DNA from: Deltaproteobacteria bacterium
GTDB lineage: Bacteria > Desulfobacterota > Syntrophia > Syntrophales > UBA5619
DNA length: 59,242 bases
Direction of reading: 5' to 3'
Assembly (NCBI GenBank): GCA_023487865.1
Contig: JAMDBG010000032.1
Coordinates: 1 to 59,242 of the forward strand
Under the pieces are notes generated by a model that worked only from the letters and a program-made list of their open reading frames with translations, did not search any database and was not told the DNA's origin. This document shows positions 57,201 to 59,242 of the stretch, one piece after another. Position numbers and translations under genes: made by a program. Within the stretch, counting starts at the first letter, position 1. Each line of letters starts with the position of its first letter.

Positions 57201-57356
57201 TGCAGTCTGCCATTCCGTGAGCTTTGTTTCTGTATCCGTCTTCTTCGCGGTCACAATATCCACTCGACGGTGTTCCACAGCCATCAACTGGTCGATCATG
57301 GATCGCCAGTCGAAACCACTCGAAAGTCCGGAAATCAGGTTTGTACTGAGTGACAC
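54294..57356 (-). CDS. fliD: flagellar filament cap protein FliD (HAP2), unusually large at 1020 aa
   Basis: N-terminal ISGLSSGFDWRSMIDQLMAVEHRRVDIVTAKK. Core IIAGEDAAIVLDGVTVTNASNTIKDVITGTTLNL. C-terminal coiled coil ISEMEARLALKQEAMVNRFVAMEMALSKIQSQSSWL. Confidence 0.9.
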   Translation of the reverse strand: MSLSTNLISGLSSGFDWRSMIDQLMAVEHRRVDIVTAKKTDTETKLTEWQTANSKLLALKTSVAGLKKPDIFQIFAATMSTNSSTVKGSDLLSVSTTTTSAPGTYSLKVTNLAQSQKLSSNPFTSQTTALGAGYAGDIVINGKVVTTNATDTLAGVANSINNLNTGSSPSGVTASVINFGTNDYRLILTSDKTGAEGISLLNGSSVNLVQAFGWKDNQAATIKNAITLGAQGDRFTSATSAVGSLLGLAAGESGSVTIGDKSVAINLSSMSLTDIKIAINTAAPTGASASVIEESVDNITYYRLQIDGTQTFSDANNILNTLGILDRGSTDVSGKVSGVSMTSNGTNITAATVLVDIDGYNTFTTGGFPAGDYLTLTGTDTSNAAVNTNFSITSSTTVQDLLDEIKTRYGNVLAYVTNDGKIRVDDLSGGSVLAVNLTDHIADTNSKLEFVTADADFGTAADRQRQIIAGEDAAIVLDGVTVTNASNTIKDVITGTTLNLIKEDAATTINLTLGRDLDTIKKSIQDYVGKYNDLMSYINTQFSYDTEKMTTGGVLFGDGTLSSIKSDISALTTQTIWGVNSNFSIMGMIGINLDNNQLLTIDDTLLTGYLQTNFNDVKALFTVQGATSSTDLAYIASTKDTKAGDYTVHITTAATQATTTGSVDLSAGGVTDTLTVAQGSGAATIAVTGGMIIADIVNAINTEFNAVYTQTLTGSQELKQDDNVTAITAGTALDNIYGTTLQNGDVINFSGTSRSGTAISGSYTITNTATDTVQDLLSAIETAYSNQVTASISSSGRITLTDKFTGTSQLALDITEPVGRGLDFGTALTSNTGGIVGRYALAMIADDDGSGHLVLRNTDYGSGSSFTISQGLALGLTYGTYSGLDVTGTINGETATGSGQTLTGAVGNANTDGLSIKYTGTTNNIDAGNVMLTLGIAALLDNTLFDITDSVSGYASFKQESLQDSVDSYATQISEMEARLALKQEAMVNRFVAMEMALSKIQSQSSWLTGQINAAYSGWV
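54912..55127 (-). repeat. FliD internal repeat module B (aa ~744-815)
   Basis: GDVINFSGTSRSGTAISGSYTITNTATDTVQDLLSAIETAYSNQVTASISSSGRITLTDKFTGTSQLALDIT. Shares GD..(6)..GT..S..A...(F/Y)xIT..T.VQDLL..I.T.Y.N..A....G.I...D...G.S.LA with module A. Confidence 0.6.
56046..56246 (-). repeat. FliD internal repeat module A (aa ~371-437)
   Basis: GDYLTLTGTDTSNAAVNTNFSITSSTTVQDLLDEIKTRYGNVLAYVTNDGKIRVDDLSGGSVLAVNLT aligns with module B. Confidence 0.6.
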
Positions 57357-57408
57357 GGTATTCTCCTTTTTGAACTTCGCTGGGAAGAAAATGCTGACTT
57401 CAGATTAA

Positions 57409-57436
57409 TTATCGGCAATCTTTGCCTGAAACTTTA
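57409..57436 (-). promoter_or_regulatory. sigma-28 promoter (TAAAGTTT...GCCGATAA, N16) for fliD-fliS operon
   Basis: The minus strand reads TAAAGTTTCAGGCAAAGATTGCCGATAA, ~53 nt upstream of the fliD ATG. Confidence 0.75.
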
Positions 57437-57530
57437 ACCTTTTGTTCCTTAACGACGAAAAGAGCAAAAAGCCTGCCAGACGAGTAGTGCGTGTAAACAA
57501 GCACCGAAGGATAACTCATCAACAAACAAC

Positions 57531-57566
57531 GGAGCCCCGCATCCTTATTCTACGATGCGGGGCTCC
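57531..57566 (-). terminator. rho-independent terminator downstream of fliC
   Basis: GGAGCCCCGCATC-loop-GATGCGGGGCTCC, a 13-bp GC-rich stem. On the minus strand it is followed by GTTGTTTGTTG. Located between the fliC stop and the fliD promoter. Confidence 0.75.
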
Positions 57567-57622
57567 TCGGTTGAAAGGTTATGTTGTCTGTTAACTCATT
57601 TCTGAACCCGAAAGACCGGCTA

Positions 57623-58738
57623 CTATTGGAACAGCGCCAGGATCTGCTGCGGCGCCGAGTTCGCCTGTGCCAACATGGCGGTACCGGCCTGGAGCAGGAT
57701 CTGGTTCTTGGTAAACGAGGTCATTTCGGCAGCCATATCCACGTCACGGATGACCGATTCTGCCGCCGTGGCGTTTTCAACGGTTGTGCTCAGTGTTGCA
57801 GCAGCGTAACCAAGCCGGTTCTGCGCTGCGCCGATCGTGCCCCGTCGCGTGTTCAGGACGCTGATCGCGCTGTCAATCGTGGTCAGGAAGGTCTGCGCCT
57901 CTGCGGCCGTATCGAGTTTGTCCGAGCTCAGGCCCAGATCACTGGTGTTAATGCCGGAGAGCAGAATACCGATACGGTCGTTGACTGTATTTTTTGCACC
58001 GACCTGGAAGTTAGAGGCGGTGGCAGCAGCCGCGATGATCGTGCCGCCGGCGGTGGAGATACTGGAGTTGACTGTTAAGGTCAAGCCCAGAGACGCGAAG
58101 TTTACTTCGCGCGTACTACCAGAAGCCGGATCGCTCACGCCATAGATGGTTTCGCTCACACGACCGGAGCCGAGAGTTGCGGAGATCGTGATGCTTTTCA
58201 CTCCTGTAGCTGTTGATGCCGCCACGACGTTATACGTTACGCCCGATTCCAGTCCAGAGACCGCCGAATATCCATCAACAGCCGTGAAGGTACCGGTGCC
58301 GGCATTGGAAACGCCGAAGCTGCCATCCAACAGTTTCGTACCGGAGTATTCCGCGGAGTTCGCGATCCGGTCGATTTCGTTGATGAGGGCATTACCTTCC
58401 GCGTTGATCTTGCCGAGGTTGGCGCTGGCATTGGATGAAGAGGCCTGGGTGGCGAGCTCTTTCAGCCTAGTCAGCATATTGGAAACCTGATCCATAGCGC
58501 CTTCCGCTACCTGCAGAAGCGAATTGGCCTCGGAGACGTTCCGGCTCGCCATCTTGTAGCTGGCGATGTCTGCGCGGAACTGCTGAGAAACGGAGAGTCC
58601 TGCCGCGTCATCCGCTGCTCTGTTGATACGATAACCTGAAGACAGCCTCTCCAGTGACTTGGAAAGCCCTGAGTCCGATATGCTCAAATTCCTGTGTGCA
58701 TTGAGCGCCGCGATATTGTTCTGAATTCTTAATCCCAT
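57623..58738 (-). CDS. fliC: flagellin
   Basis: 371 aa; N-terminal MGLRIQNNIAALNAHRNLSISDSGLSKSLERLSSGYRINRAADDAAGLSVSQ; C-terminal NQILLQAGTAMLAQANSAPQQILALFQ. Confidence 0.95.
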   Translation of the reverse strand: MGLRIQNNIAALNAHRNLSISDSGLSKSLERLSSGYRINRAADDAAGLSVSQQFRADIASYKMASRNVSEANSLLQVAEGAMDQVSNMLTRLKELATQASSSNASANLGKINAEGNALINEIDRIANSAEYSGTKLLDGSFGVSNAGTGTFTAVDGYSAVSGLESGVTYNVVAASTATGVKSITISATLGSGRVSETIYGVSDPASGSTREVNFASLGLTLTVNSSISTAGGTIIAAAATASNFQVGAKNTVNDRIGILLSGINTSDLGLSSDKLDTAAEAQTFLTTIDSAISVLNTRRGTIGAAQNRLGYAAATLSTTVENATAAESVIRDVDMAAEMTSFTKNQILLQAGTAMLAQANSAPQQILALFQ

Positions 58739-58748
58739 GATCTTTTAT

Positions 58749-58782
58749 CCTCCTTGATGTGTTTTTTGTGGCATCCTTGCCA
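58749..58782 (-). promoter_or_regulatory. two candidate CsrA binding sites in the fliC leader (GGA in a hairpin loop, plus a GGA-containing SD)
   Basis: The minus-strand leader contains UGGCA-AGGA-UGCCA (plus-strand 58769-58782; GCAAGGAUGC resembles the CsrA consensus ACARGGAUGU). The Shine-Dalgarno is CAAGGAGGAU (58749-58754 region). Confidence 0.55.
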
Positions 58783-58881
58783 ATGATTTTTTTGCAATCT
58801 GATGATTGCCTGCTGGGAACCTTTTCCGTGCGAAACCTGTCTCACCTCCTTTCGAGGATTTGGCTCCTTTTGTCTGACACA

Positions 58882-58909
58882 TTATCGGCTGTATTGCGGA
58901 AATACTTTA
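58882..58909 (-). promoter_or_regulatory. sigma-28 promoter (TAAA-N16-GCCGATAA) for fliC
   Basis: The minus strand reads TAAAGTATTTCCGCAATACAGCCGATAA, giving a leader of ~135 nt. Confidence 0.8.
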
Positions 58910-59062
58910 GATACAAATGAAAAAGAGAGGATTTATATCCTAATGTTGAGTAAAAAATATGCTACCGTATGTACTCCTGTAAATCGTCAATTCCTTTAAC
59001 AGTGGCATATATATTGCTGAAATATTCTCGATAGATAAAGAACGGATGATGAAAGGTTGTTA

Positions 59063-59242
59063 ATGGATAAACCACCTATCTTAATCGCTCAAGTTGAACC
59101 GGCCCAAAACGAAGAATGTGGGGACTATTATTACCGCACCCTGACGCCCGGCATTACGATGGCGGAGGAGACTGGCATTTATATCATTAATCTTACTAAC
59201 ATCCATCGATGCAAAGAAGAAATTATGCGCGAGGCCGACGTC
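59063..59242 (+). CDS. hypothetical protein, 5' fragment running off the window end
   Basis: ATG with an AAAGG RBS and 60 open codons to the window edge (MDKPPILIAQVEPAQNEECGDYYYRTLTPG...). Divergent from fliC; function not assignable. Confidence 0.4.
   Translation, partial: MDKPPILIAQVEPAQNEECGDYYYRTLTPGITMAEETGIYIINLTNIHRCKEEIMREADV

Noticed and set aside
54480-57408. Several long plus-strand ORFs (for example 55734..56339, 201 aa; 55227..55646, 139 aa; 57046..57408, 120 aa) lie antisense to fliD.
   Set aside because: They lie entirely within the well-supported fliD frame. Their translations are low-complexity Gly/Arg/Val-rich with no motifs. They are the expected artefact of GC-rich, repeat-rich coding DNA.
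57581-58490. Plus-strand ORFs (165, 102 and 114 aa) lie antisense to the flagellin gene.
   Set aside because: The opposite strand encodes an unmistakable flagellin. The antisense translations have no motifs or RBS.
58802-58999. A 65-aa plus-strand ORF lies in the fliC upstream region.
   Set aside because: It overlaps the fliC leader and sigma-28 promoter on the opposite strand and has no RBS or motif.
1-59242. I looked for CRISPR arrays, IS elements or transposases, integrases, prophage genes and toxin-antitoxin or defence-system signatures.
   Set aside because: I saw no direct-repeat/spacer array, no terminal inverted repeats flanking a transposase-like ORF, no integrase next to the tRNA, and no nuclease, helicase or methylase-type ORFs in the six-frame track.

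Overview
This window has two parts. The left arm (1-13.7 kb) is housekeeping and CoA-centred metabolism: nadB, purB, two paralogous fusions of an acetyl-CoA hydrolase/transferase domain to a GNAT domain, a secreted FG-GAP protein, tRNA-Met(CAT), an alpha/beta hydrolase, a Nudix CoA-pyrophosphatase-like protein, a Pta-N-terminal-like DRTGG protein and a phosphomannomutase. The remaining ~45 kb (13.9-58.9 kb) is a nearly complete flagellar regulon of the FlhF/FlhG type. It holds a pilZ-motA-motB operon and a PAS histidine kinase with a sigma-54 response regulator. These are followed by flgBC-fliEFG-fliJ-fliK-flgDE and a second stator locus with two tandem MotB paralogues. Next come fliLMNOPQR-flhBAFG-fliA, a small unit pairing a FliK-like protein with a stand-alone FlhB C-terminal domain, flgFGAHIJ and flgMN-flgKL-csrA-fliW. 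On the minus strand lie fliC, a 1020-aa fliD, fliS, a FliT-like gene and flaG. By eye I found four consensus sigma-54 (-24/-12) promoters and four strong sigma-28 promoters, all TAAA-N16-GCCGATAA-like. Together they partition the cluster into early and late transcription units. The most unusual items are: (i) the fusions to Pat-type GNAT domains, one of which has a degenerate CoA-transferase domain; (ii) the MotA-MotB'-MotB'' locus, where the first MotB paralogue lacks the channel Asp; (iii) the sigma-28-driven FliK-like/FlhB-CC pair; (iv) the absence of fliH/fliI between fliG and fliJ; and (v) the giant repeat-containing FliD. No CRISPR, IS element, integrase or prophage signature was seen. 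All calls rest on reading the supplied translations and the DNA; no database search was possible. Start codons and promoter calls are manual. Taxonomy is a low-confidence guess: the gene order resembles Desulfobacterota/Geobacter-like clusters.
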